From Patescibacteria group bacterium (GTDB lineage Bacteria > Patescibacteriota > Patescibacteriia > UBA10025 > JAHIVO01), in NCBI GenBank assembly GCA_041660605.1, contig JBAZWB010000003.1, positions 18,680-82,679 of the forward strand: a stretch of 64,000 nucleotides of DNA. Direction: 5' to 3'. A model generated the notes under the pieces. The model worked only from the letters and a program-made list of their open reading frames with translations, had not been told where the DNA came from and made no database searches. A program made the position numbers and the translations under genes. The first letter of the stretch is position 1; each line of letters opens with the position of its first letter. Of this stretch, positions 28,219 to 36,537 are shown in pieces.

Positions 28219-29088
28219 ATGACAACCCTAGACGAATTCAGGCCTTATCAAAGACACGTTTTTTCACGATTAGCCATTGCCTCAATATTAATAATGGCGG
28301 TGATTGGAGTATCCGTATATTTCATTTATTCCAACCGGATAATGAAAGACATGCAAAATGAATTATTAGGCATTGCCACCCGCACCGCTGCGCTCATCCC
28401 TGTTGCCAGCCACGAAAGCCTGCTGCAGCCGGCTGACCAGCAAAGCGAAAACTACCGGGTGATGGAACTGTATCTCCAATCCGTCATGGCCGGCAACCCA
28501 AGAATTGATGATGTTTATACCCTGCGCCCCACCAATCAGCGGCATCTCATGACCTTTGTCGTCAGTGGTAAAGGCAATGTGGACGAGAATAACGATGGAA
28601 TAATAGAAGAAAACGAACAAAAAGCCATGCTGGGTGAGGAATATGACACCACCGACTTGCCTCAAATGGAAGAAGGTCTAATAAAACCTTCAGTAGATCA
28701 GGCAGTAACTAATGACAAATGGGGCAGCTGGCTTTCCGGATATGCTCCCCTGAAAGACAGCAGCGGGAAAACAGTCGCAATTTTGGGCGTTGATTTTGCC
28801 GCCAAAACGATTTCCCAGGAACGCCATTATATTATCAGGGCCTTATTAATATTTGAGGCTATCTGCACAATCTTACTGCTGTTTGTCGCCTGGCTTATCA
28901 GCAGGCGTGTCAGCTGGCCTTATAAAATGCTGGCTGAAGGAATGAACAGGATTAAACATGGCGACATGCATTTCACTATGGCTGTAAAAAATAAAGGCGA
29001 AGAAGCATTTATCGCCGAACTGTTCAACTCCATACGTGAGACATTCCACGATTACTACAAAAACAAAAAGGAAAAAGAAGGGAAATAA
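28219..29088 (+). CDS. Membrane sensor module: TM, Cache-like extracellular domain, TM, HAMP, with no output domain.
   Basis: Two TM helices flank a ~170-aa periplasmic segment. A HAMP-like segment follows: LISRRVSWPYKMLAEGMNRIKHGDMHFTMAVKNKGEEAFIAELFNSIRETF. Confidence 0.4.
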   Translation: MTTLDEFRPYQRHVFSRLAIASILIMAVIGVSVYFIYSNRIMKDMQNELLGIATRTAALIPVASHESLLQPADQQSENYRVMELYLQSVMAGNPRIDDVYTLRPTNQRHLMTFVVSGKGNVDENNDGIIEENEQKAMLGEEYDTTDLPQMEEGLIKPSVDQAVTNDKWGSWLSGYAPLKDSSGKTVAILGVDFAAKTISQERHYIIRALLIFEAICTILLLFVAWLISRRVSWPYKMLAEGMNRIKHGDMHFTMAVKNKGEEAFIAELFNSIRETFHDYYKNKKEKEGK

Positions 29089-29135
29089 ACCAGTTTTTCT
29101 GCTGTAATTTGGCTGCTTAGCATTATTTAAGCTAT

Positions 29136-29600
29136 ATGGAGAACACGCCGCTGACCCAACAATCATTGCCGCAGAAATCGGCAATAAAGCCGCGCCATAA
29201 AAAATCTGAATACGTCTTTGCCGTTATCTGCAACGCGATTGGGCTTTTCATAATTAACAGCCTGCTGAAATGGGAGGCGCAGTTCATCACTGCTGACTGG
29301 ACTAAGGTTCTGCCTTATTTAAATTTTTCGATAATTCTCAGCCTGGTTGTTTATTTCATTTTTATCTTCTTTGACCGCCGGGGATTTTATTTTCTCGGAC
29401 GTACGGCGATGGATGTGGTGGGAATATTTATACTGATAAAACTATACTTAATTTTTCCTTTTGATTTTAACAAATTTTTCCAGCTGGGCTGGCTTAACAG
29501 CGTCATGCCCTGGCTTCTGTTGCTTGGCGTGATTGGAATAATTATCGGCATCATGGTCAGAATATCCAGATTAGTCTCGGGTAAAAACATTTATAATTAA
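29136..29600 (+). CDS. Hypothetical membrane protein.
   Basis: Multiple hydrophobic helices. Confidence 0.35.
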   Translation: MENTPLTQQSLPQKSAIKPRHKKSEYVFAVICNAIGLFIINSLLKWEAQFITADWTKVLPYLNFSIILSLVVYFIFIFFDRRGFYFLGRTAMDVVGIFILIKLYLIFPFDFNKFFQLGWLNSVMPWLLLLGVIGIIIGIMVRISRLVSGKNIYN

Positions 29601-29606
29601 TTTTTA

Positions 29607-30389
29607 ATGAATAATATGGACAAACCAGAACAAAACCCCCAGCCGCCCCAGTCAGCTCAAAGCCTGGAAATGCTCAAACCGAACGAAGGCAAGGACATAG
29701 AAAAGCCCAAAAAAGGCCATAGTTTGCGCAATTTTCTCATCACCATTATTATCATCCTAATAGTCATCCTGGTCGGACTATCCGTCACTGGATTATATAA
29801 AGTACCAGTACTCTCCGCTATCATTAAAACTGGCCAGCCAAAAGATCTGGGCATAAAAACCAGCGACCAGGCTTATGCCAGCATCAAGGAGAAAATTCCC
29901 ATGACGATTTCCGGAGGCACCATAGATTATTCCTCGCCGGCTGATCAGATATTCTCCGGCCAGATAGACATTGATACCACCACCACTTCCGAGGAAGTAA
30001 CTTCCTGGCTGAAACGATTCCAGGGAAGCGATCAGATTTTTTCTGATGTTCAGGTAAAAAAAATCGAAGGCGGCATGGAAATTTCCTGCCTGGTGAATAA
30101 ATATATAAAAGCGCCGGTTTACGTAAAAGTCATGGTTGACCGGACTTCCGAGAAAAGCGTGGCGCTGAATATAATCAACGCCAAAGCCGGGATGTTCAAT
30201 GTGCCGGATAAATACCTTACCCAGGCGGAAGATTTTTTCCAAAAAAAAGTTAATGAAATCATGGCCGCGGTGCCGGGCTTTTCTATGGAAAAATACGAGT
30301 TGCATGACGGCTATTCCGCTTTCAAAGGCACCTGGCCTGCCAATGTCCGGCCGACTGCGGGGGGATGGAATTCTCTGATAAAAATTTAA
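29607..30389 (+). CDS. Membrane-anchored extracytoplasmic hypothetical protein.
   Basis: Pro/Gln-rich N-terminus, a single TM helix, then a soluble domain. Confidence 0.35.
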   Translation: MNNMDKPEQNPQPPQSAQSLEMLKPNEGKDIEKPKKGHSLRNFLITIIIILIVILVGLSVTGLYKVPVLSAIIKTGQPKDLGIKTSDQAYASIKEKIPMTISGGTIDYSSPADQIFSGQIDIDTTTTSEEVTSWLKRFQGSDQIFSDVQVKKIEGGMEISCLVNKYIKAPVYVKVMVDRTSEKSVALNIINAKAGMFNVPDKYLTQAEDFFQKKVNEIMAAVPGFSMEKYELHDGYSAFKGTWPANVRPTAGGWNSLIKI

Positions 30390-30410
30390 TCAAGTCAAAA
30401 TGCAGATAGC

Positions 30411-31139
30411 ATGAAAACCGGCTGCCCCTATCAATCGTTTGCCAAGCCAGTCATAAAATTCTGTGAACAAAATTTGTGTTCTGCGGTCGTCCAGCCGGCC
30501 AACGCCTGGTCCAACCTGGCATATCTGGTGGCTGGGGTTGTTATTTTCTATTTCAGTCGTCAAGAAAAAATATATTTGAAGGCTTTCGGCCTGCTGGTTT
30601 TGCTGATGGGGCTGACTTCATTTCTTTATCATGCCAGCTATACTTTTCTGGGGCAGATGCTGGATCTGTCCTCAATGTTTTTATTTTCTTCCTATTTACT
30701 GGTGCTGAACTTCCGCCGCACCGGTGGAAAATTATTCACTATCAAAAATCTTGCCTGGTTTTATATCTTGCTAAATGCCATCAGTATCGCGGTAATGTAT
30801 TATGTCCGCTTACTGGGCGGTTTCAATATCGGCATTATAATTTTCGCCCTGCAGGTCGCCCTGGTGCTGCTGGCGGAATTTTATATTTTTAACAAAGGAC
30901 ATCGGGGATATGACCCAAAATATTTATTAATCGGGCTGGTTATCATTGCTGCGGCCGCGGTTTTCTGGATGTACGATTACACCGGGAAATGGTGCGATAC
31001 CAATTATTTTCACCTGATCAACGGCCACGCGCTCTGGCATGTGCTCACGGCGGTTGGCTTGATTTTTGTTTATTTGCATTATAAAATCCAGGCCCAGGCA
31101 CTTCCGTTGCCTTCAGGAAACCCCTTAAAATCCCAATAA
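30411..31139 (+). CDS. Ceramidase-like (CREST superfamily) membrane hydrolase.
   Basis: Seven TM helices with conserved His/Ser/Asp positions (H-SYT, D, HALWH). Confidence 0.45.
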   Translation: MKTGCPYQSFAKPVIKFCEQNLCSAVVQPANAWSNLAYLVAGVVIFYFSRQEKIYLKAFGLLVLLMGLTSFLYHASYTFLGQMLDLSSMFLFSSYLLVLNFRRTGGKLFTIKNLAWFYILLNAISIAVMYYVRLLGGFNIGIIIFALQVALVLLAEFYIFNKGHRGYDPKYLLIGLVIIAAAAVFWMYDYTGKWCDTNYFHLINGHALWHVLTAVGLIFVYLHYKIQAQALPLPSGNPLKSQ

Positions 31140-31149
31140 AATCGATAAA

Positions 31150-31890
31150 ATGCCCCATATCTTGCTGCCAAAATCATTTAGTAAACTTAAATACGCCTGC
31201 TCCGAAAGGCGCGATGGCAATATGTCGTTCCGCCACGGCTCGCGGCCTGAGGTTATGAAAAATAGAAAAAGATTTTTTCGGAAAGTCGCGGTAGCTCCCG
31301 AAAAAATTGTCGTGATGAACTTACGGCATAGCACGAAAATAAAATTCGTGGACTGGCGCGACCGGGGTTTTGGCGCGCTAAAACCGTCAGGGGTCAAGGC
31401 AGACTGTCTGGTGACAAAAAAATCCGATCTCTTTCTCTTCCTGCTAACCGGCGACTGCTTACCAACAATACTGTATGACCCTAAAAAAAATATCCTGGCC
31501 TTGGCTCATCTCAGTCGGCATAATACTGACCGGCTCTATGCAAAAAAAATTATAACAACGCTAAAAAATAAATACCAGTGCCATTCAAAAAATATTATGA
31601 TAGCTATTGGTCCAGCCATACATCAAAAGTCTTATATTAAAGACCATGCCTCCCAGCAAAATAAAGCCAGCTGGCGGCCGTTTATAAAAAAACTTCATAG
31701 AGAAAAAATTGCCATTGATCTGATCGGCTATAATAAAAAGCAGCTCATCAGAGCCGGAGTTTTACCTTCGCATTTTATCGTAGGCAATATAGATACGGCG
31801 GCTTCAAGGCAGTATTTTTCCCACCGGCGATCCGTAAATACCGGACAACCGGAGGGCCGGTTCGCTACGATAGTAGGAATAAATAAATAA
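31150..31890 (+). CDS. YfiH/PgeF/LACC1 family (DUF152) protein.
   Basis: GDCLPTILYD..ILALAHLSRH pattern. Confidence 0.5.
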   Translation: MPHILLPKSFSKLKYACSERRDGNMSFRHGSRPEVMKNRKRFFRKVAVAPEKIVVMNLRHSTKIKFVDWRDRGFGALKPSGVKADCLVTKKSDLFLFLLTGDCLPTILYDPKKNILALAHLSRHNTDRLYAKKIITTLKNKYQCHSKNIMIAIGPAIHQKSYIKDHASQQNKASWRPFIKKLHREKIAIDLIGYNKKQLIRAGVLPSHFIVGNIDTAASRQYFSHRRSVNTGQPEGRFATIVGINK

Positions 31891-31931
31891 ACGCAGACTA
31901 TCAATAAATTTGTTAAACTTTTCTAATACTT

Positions 31932-32561
31932 ATGTCTTACCCATTTTCACGCCATTTATTCAGACTACTGTTTAGCTGGCGTATTGATTCAGCCAGCGGT
32001 CTGGAAAATATTCCCCGGACCGGCCCGGTCATCCTGGTTTCTAACCACGTCGGTGAACAGGATCCGCCCCTTTTGGTTAATTCCGTTATCCAGCATACCA
32101 AAGGAAGGAAAGTCTATGTAGTAACTAAGTGGAAAATCCTTTGGTTCTCTCTCTGGCGGAATTGGATGGGAATAGTTCCGTTATTTCCTGACCGCTCCAA
32201 AACGTTTAAAATTTTAATTAAGCTGATTTCTGGCGGGGAAATAGTGCTGATGTATCCCGAGGGCGGATTGAATGTAAGACCAGTAATTAATCGCGTGAAA
32301 ACAGGTGTCGCCCGGCTGGCGTTGATGACCAAAACGCCTATTATTCCGGTCGGTCTTGAACGCACTGCGCCTCCGCCAAAAACTCACCTTGGCTTTGTAT
32401 TAGAAATTTTTTATGCCCACCTGCGGATAAACATCGGACAGCCGATAGATCTTTCACCCTGGTACGGGAAAACCGTTGAAGGTGGGCTTCTCCAGGAAGT
32501 AAATAGTGAAATAATGAGTGCGGTAGCCAAACTGGCCAATAAAAAATATGAGCCGGAATAA
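31932..32561 (+). CDS. plsC: 1-acyl-sn-glycerol-3-phosphate acyltransferase family protein.
   Basis: NHVGEQD (the HX4D motif) and YPEGG. Confidence 0.7.
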   Translation: MSYPFSRHLFRLLFSWRIDSASGLENIPRTGPVILVSNHVGEQDPPLLVNSVIQHTKGRKVYVVTKWKILWFSLWRNWMGIVPLFPDRSKTFKILIKLISGGEIVLMYPEGGLNVRPVINRVKTGVARLALMTKTPIIPVGLERTAPPPKTHLGFVLEIFYAHLRINIGQPIDLSPWYGKTVEGGLLQEVNSEIMSAVAKLANKKYEPE

Positions 32562-32580
32562 CCAACCTATGAACCCGCGG

Positions 32581-32707
32581 GGCTAATTTTAGTGTTAGGC
32601 CAGCAAGCTGGCCACCTACCCTATCTAATATATGTAGGTGCAGAGCCCCGCCTGCTGCTCCTAGCGGAGCTATGGCGGGCAGGTTGCTCTGCTGGACAGT
32701 CATAGAC
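32581..32707. repeat. GC-rich structured repeat, copy E (about 127 bp), flanked by an 8-nt direct repeat ACCCGCGG.
   Basis: Contains the CCCCGCCTGC and GGCGGGCAGG motifs, the palindrome GGCCAGC-AA-GCTGGCC, CACCTAC..GTAGGTG and GCAGAGC..GCTCTGC. ACCCGCGG lies at about 32573 and again at about 32708. Confidence 0.55.
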
Positions 32708-32769
32708 ACCCGCGGATATAACAAACTATATGACTATCAACACCACGGCCGCACTGAAACGAAAATTGT

Positions 32770-33639
32770 ATGAACCAAAATAACCAACTAACCAGTACTT
32801 TCATCGTCCATCAATTCCGCAGCCGCGAGGTGCGTGACCATATTAACATTTTTGGCAAAAACGGCTTACCGCAGATTCTTTGCCTGCACGGCATCGGCTC
32901 AACCGGTGAAGCAAGTTTCAAACACCTGGCCGAACGACTATCAGGAAAATATCAGCTGATCGCTCCCGACTGGATCGGCTGTGGTCAAACAACAAGACTA
33001 TTTGAAAAACAGGATACCTATAGTTCTGATTACTGCTCAGAATGGCTGGCATTATTTTTTAATGAAGCAAAGCGCCAGGGAATTCTGCGGTCGCCTTTAA
33101 ACGTGCTGGCCAGTTCAATGTCCGCGCTGGGTATTGCCAAAAGCTATGCGACCATCGGGAAATATTTTAACAAAATTTTTTTTATAAACCCCGCGGGTTT
33201 TGATGATTATATCAGTAAAAAATTCGCCTTTTGGCTTACGAATCCTTTAATCCCACAGCACGCCATGGCACGCCTTTTGCTCTGGAATATTATCTGGAAG
33301 AATATCCTGCATTGGCCGGATGAATTAAAACCGCGTTTAAGAGCAGGCTTGCGCAATAACGAATTTGACGTCCTTATCTGCTATGCCAAGGCTGGCATTT
33401 ATCCCTGGGGTAGAATGATGGCGACCAATATTATTCCGCATCTTTTTGAAAAAATTAAACATCCAGTCACCATTCTTCACTGTGAAAACGACGAGTTATT
33501 TTATAAACAAAAATACGTCCAGATAGCCAAACAATCTAAAGGATGGCAAATTGAAAATATCCCAGGTTCCGGTCACAATCTAATGACGGATAATTCGCAA
33601 GCAATCGCTCAACGGATTGATCATATTTTAAAAGCCTGA
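32770..33639 (+). CDS. Alpha/beta hydrolase fold protein.
   Basis: HG-box-like LCLHGIGSTGE, a nucleophile elbow and a C-terminal His. Confidence 0.55.
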   Translation: MNQNNQLTSTFIVHQFRSREVRDHINIFGKNGLPQILCLHGIGSTGEASFKHLAERLSGKYQLIAPDWIGCGQTTRLFEKQDTYSSDYCSEWLALFFNEAKRQGILRSPLNVLASSMSALGIAKSYATIGKYFNKIFFINPAGFDDYISKKFAFWLTNPLIPQHAMARLLLWNIIWKNILHWPDELKPRLRAGLRNNEFDVLICYAKAGIYPWGRMMATNIIPHLFEKIKHPVTILHCENDELFYKQKYVQIAKQSKGWQIENIPGSGHNLMTDNSQAIAQRIDHILKA

Positions 33640-33655
33640 AAATTAAAAAACAAGT

Positions 33656-34156
33656 ATGAAGCCAAGTAAATCAAAATTAGAAGTTGCTCTCAAATGGATT
33701 GTAAATATATTGATAAAACACAATGTGCCGTATCAAATTTCTGGTGGATTTGGCGTACATCTTTACGGCGGGACTCGTCCGGTAAACGATATAGATATTG
33801 ATATACCAAATAAAAAATTTAAGGATATTCTTTCGGAAATTAATAAATATATAACTTTTGGGCCAGCCAGGTACCTGGACGAAAAATGGGATTTAGATCT
33901 GATAACCCTGGATTACCATGGACAAATTATCGACCTAAGCGGTTCTTTTGGGGCTAAAATATTTGATGAAAGGAAAAAAGTATGGCAATCTTTTCCCTCT
34001 AATTTTGAAACGGCACGCTTAATAAACGTGTATGGCATTAAAGTTTCCGTAATGAATCATAAAGATTTGATTGCGTATAAAAAATTGCTAAATGGTTTGC
34101 ACCAAAAAGAGGATATTGTTGCTTTGCAAAATTACTCTGAAATGATTAGAGCCTGA
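33656..34156 (+). CDS. Nucleotidyltransferase of the ANT(2'')/Lnu family.
   Basis: ISGGFGVHLYGGTRPVNDIDIDI follows the LnuA/ANT(2'')-Ia pattern GG-x-G-x(6-10)-R-x(2-3)-DIDI. 166 aa, which matches LnuA size. Confidence 0.55.
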   Translation: MKPSKSKLEVALKWIVNILIKHNVPYQISGGFGVHLYGGTRPVNDIDIDIPNKKFKDILSEINKYITFGPARYLDEKWDLDLITLDYHGQIIDLSGSFGAKIFDERKKVWQSFPSNFETARLINVYGIKVSVMNHKDLIAYKKLLNGLHQKEDIVALQNYSEMIRA

Positions 34157-34235
34157 TATCTAGCAAAAACGCGTTCCATCCTGAAAATTAATTTTACTAA
34201 GCATACATACTAAAAACTTCTAATATTTTAATTAC

Positions 34236-35435
34236 ATGAAACTTGGCAAATCAATAATTATTCTTGGGGGCGATGGGTATTTCGGATGGAGCCTTGGCTT
34301 AGCCATGGCTAACAGGACGAAACAGCATGTCATTCTGGTTGATAATCTGATTAAGCGCCGGTGGGAAAAAGAAATCAAAGTGCGTCCCCTGTTGCCTTAT
34401 CAGCTCCCGGCGCAGAGAATGCGCGCCTACCGAAAATTATTCCATAAATCAAACCTGGCTTTTGAAAAAGCCGATATCGCAGACTATCGCCAGATTGCTC
34501 GATTAATTCATAAGTACCAACCGCGGTGCATCATCAATGCCGCCCAGCAGCCCTCCGCGCCTTTCTCAATGATCGGTCCCGAGCACGCCAAGACGACATT
34601 CACCACGAATATCATCACGAATCTCAACACACTCTGGGCCATCGCTCTGTGCGATAAAAATATTTTCTATCTCAAGCTGGGAACCTCTGGGAGCTATATG
34701 GGGCTTGATCTGGATTATATCCCGAACAACCGGGTGGCGCTGCGGTTTCAGTACCAGGGGAAAACCAGGCGCATACGTAAATCCTGGCTTCCTATGCAGA
34801 CTACGGATTTCTATCATCAATCAAAAATTACCGATTTTGAAATCAGCGAAATGTGCGCCCAATTATGGAATCTGCGCATACTTACTGTCCAGCAATCGAT
34901 CATCTACGGCGCGACTATTCCGGAAAATAAAAAACCAAGCCACCAAAGTCTGGCCACGCGATATAACTATGACGGGGTATTCGGCACGGTAATCAACAGA
35001 TTTATCTGCCAGACAGCCATCGGGCACCCGTTGACCGTCTATGGCACAGGCGAAAATGAAGTAGGGCTGATCAGCCTGCAGGATACCGTCAGCCATTTTC
35101 TGTTATTTAGCAATTTCCGGGTGCCAGCCGGCCGACATGCGGTGGAACATAACTATACCATCCGGCTGCCGATAAAAAAAATCGCGCAGGTCATTGCTGG
35201 CATTGCCCATCGGCCTGTTATCCATTCTGTCCCGCATCCACGCTATGAAAAAAGTCAGAAACTCAGGACAAAAGTAGAGCAAAGCGCCACAGTTGTAATA
35301 AATGCAAAAACCCTCGCTGCCTTTACTAATGAAATGAAAGAACTCTACGAATTTACCCGCCGGTATAAACACGATATTAACGCGAAAATTATCATGCCCC
35401 ATGTCTTTTGGCGGCACAAATATTCGAAGCAATAA
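34236..35435 (+). CDS. sqdB: UDP-sulfoquinovose synthase (SQD1/SqdB-type NAD-dependent epimerase/dehydratase).
   Basis: LGGDGYFGW, YNYDGVFGTVINRFICQTAIGHPLTVYG and KIIMPHVFW match SQD1 blocks. About 399 aa. Confidence 0.8.
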   Translation: MKLGKSIIILGGDGYFGWSLGLAMANRTKQHVILVDNLIKRRWEKEIKVRPLLPYQLPAQRMRAYRKLFHKSNLAFEKADIADYRQIARLIHKYQPRCIINAAQQPSAPFSMIGPEHAKTTFTTNIITNLNTLWAIALCDKNIFYLKLGTSGSYMGLDLDYIPNNRVALRFQYQGKTRRIRKSWLPMQTTDFYHQSKITDFEISEMCAQLWNLRILTVQQSIIYGATIPENKKPSHQSLATRYNYDGVFGTVINRFICQTAIGHPLTVYGTGENEVGLISLQDTVSHFLLFSNFRVPAGRHAVEHNYTIRLPIKKIAQVIAGIAHRPVIHSVPHPRYEKSQKLRTKVEQSATVVINAKTLAAFTNEMKELYEFTRRYKHDINAKIIMPHVFWRHKYSKQ

Positions 35436-35453
35436 AAAATTTATCAATATTTC

Positions 35454-35843
35454 ATGATTCATAAAAAACAAACTCCTCGTCTCACGCCTGAACAGATGAA
35501 TGTTTGCTTCCTCAAAGGCACCGAACCAGCAGGTTCGGGCAAATGGCTGCATAATAAAGCCAAAGGAACATATGTCTGTGTGAACTGCGGGCAAGAATTA
35601 TTTAAAAGCGATACTAAGTTTGATTCCGGCACCGGTTGGCCGGCGTTCTGGGATCCGGCCAGCAAAGCTAACGTAAAAACCGTTGATGATTATTCTCTCG
35701 GTATGAAACGCGTTGAAGTGATGTGCTCCCGCTGTGATGCGCACCTGGGTCATGTATTTCCTGACGGGCCTAAACCAACGGGCCTACGTTACTGCATCAA
35801 TTCCCTGGCGTTGGATTTCAAACCAAACGATAAGATACTTTAA
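35454..35843 (+). CDS. msrB: Peptide-methionine (R)-S-oxide reductase.
   Basis: CxxC..CxxC zinc site and GWPAF..HLGHVFPDGP. Confidence 0.9.
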   Translation: MIHKKQTPRLTPEQMNVCFLKGTEPAGSGKWLHNKAKGTYVCVNCGQELFKSDTKFDSGTGWPAFWDPASKANVKTVDDYSLGMKRVEVMCSRCDAHLGHVFPDGPKPTGLRYCINSLALDFKPNDKIL

Positions 35844-36470
35844 ATGAAGCCTCTTTTAGAACTATTAATTTTAATTATTCTCCCGATAATTTTGTTATTG
35901 ACCAGGGTGATTCGCCACCGCCTGCGCTTTTATACTCTGGCTTTTGTTACCATTGCCATTACCGTTGTTTTTATTCATGACCAGGCGACATTAAAAGACA
36001 TCGGAATCCGTACGGACAATCTATTGGCAGCGCTGGGAATCTATCTGATATTTACCATCGCCGGTTATCTGTTTATCCGCTGGTATGCCGGTTTCACTCG
36101 TTCAGCAAAAAATCCAAACTGGAAATCAGACCCTCATTTTCGATACTTATTCATCCCCATCAGCCTTGCCCAGCAATACATTTTCATGTCTTTTGCCTTA
36201 AGCCGGCTTGAGGAAATTTTAAACTGGGATGTTGTTATAATTATTATAAACGCTGTTTTATTCGCTTTAATACACATTACTTACGGTAAATTCAAAACCA
36301 ATCTTCCGCTAGTCATCCTGGCCGGCCTTGGGTTCAGCCTTCTATATTTATACTTCCCAAATCTGATAGCCAGTTCGCTTTCTCATATGGCGCTCAATCT
36401 GACGGCTGTCTATTTTGGATTTCTGACGGTTTCCGGCAGCCGGCCTGTTAATGAAAACACCGAGAAATAA
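35844..36470 (+). CDS. CPBP/Abi family intramembrane metalloprotease-like protein.
   Basis: EEILNW, FALIH and HMALN motif positions within a polytopic protein. Confidence 0.45.
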   Translation: MKPLLELLILIILPIILLLTRVIRHRLRFYTLAFVTIAITVVFIHDQATLKDIGIRTDNLLAALGIYLIFTIAGYLFIRWYAGFTRSAKNPNWKSDPHFRYLFIPISLAQQYIFMSFALSRLEEILNWDVVIIIINAVLFALIHITYGKFKTNLPLVILAGLGFSLLYLYFPNLIASSLSHMALNLTAVYFGFLTVSGSRPVNENTEK

Positions 36471-36537
36471 AAATGTCGGCGATATGATATTCGGCATTTA
36501 TGTTTCAGAATGCTATACTTAGGGAAAGAAAACGTCT

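Noticed and set aside
36471-36537. Mg2+ riboswitch (M-box) upstream of mgtA.
   Set aside because: The leader is only about 67 nt and lacks space for the ~160-nt M-box fold. Only an extended -10-like TGCTATACT was seen.
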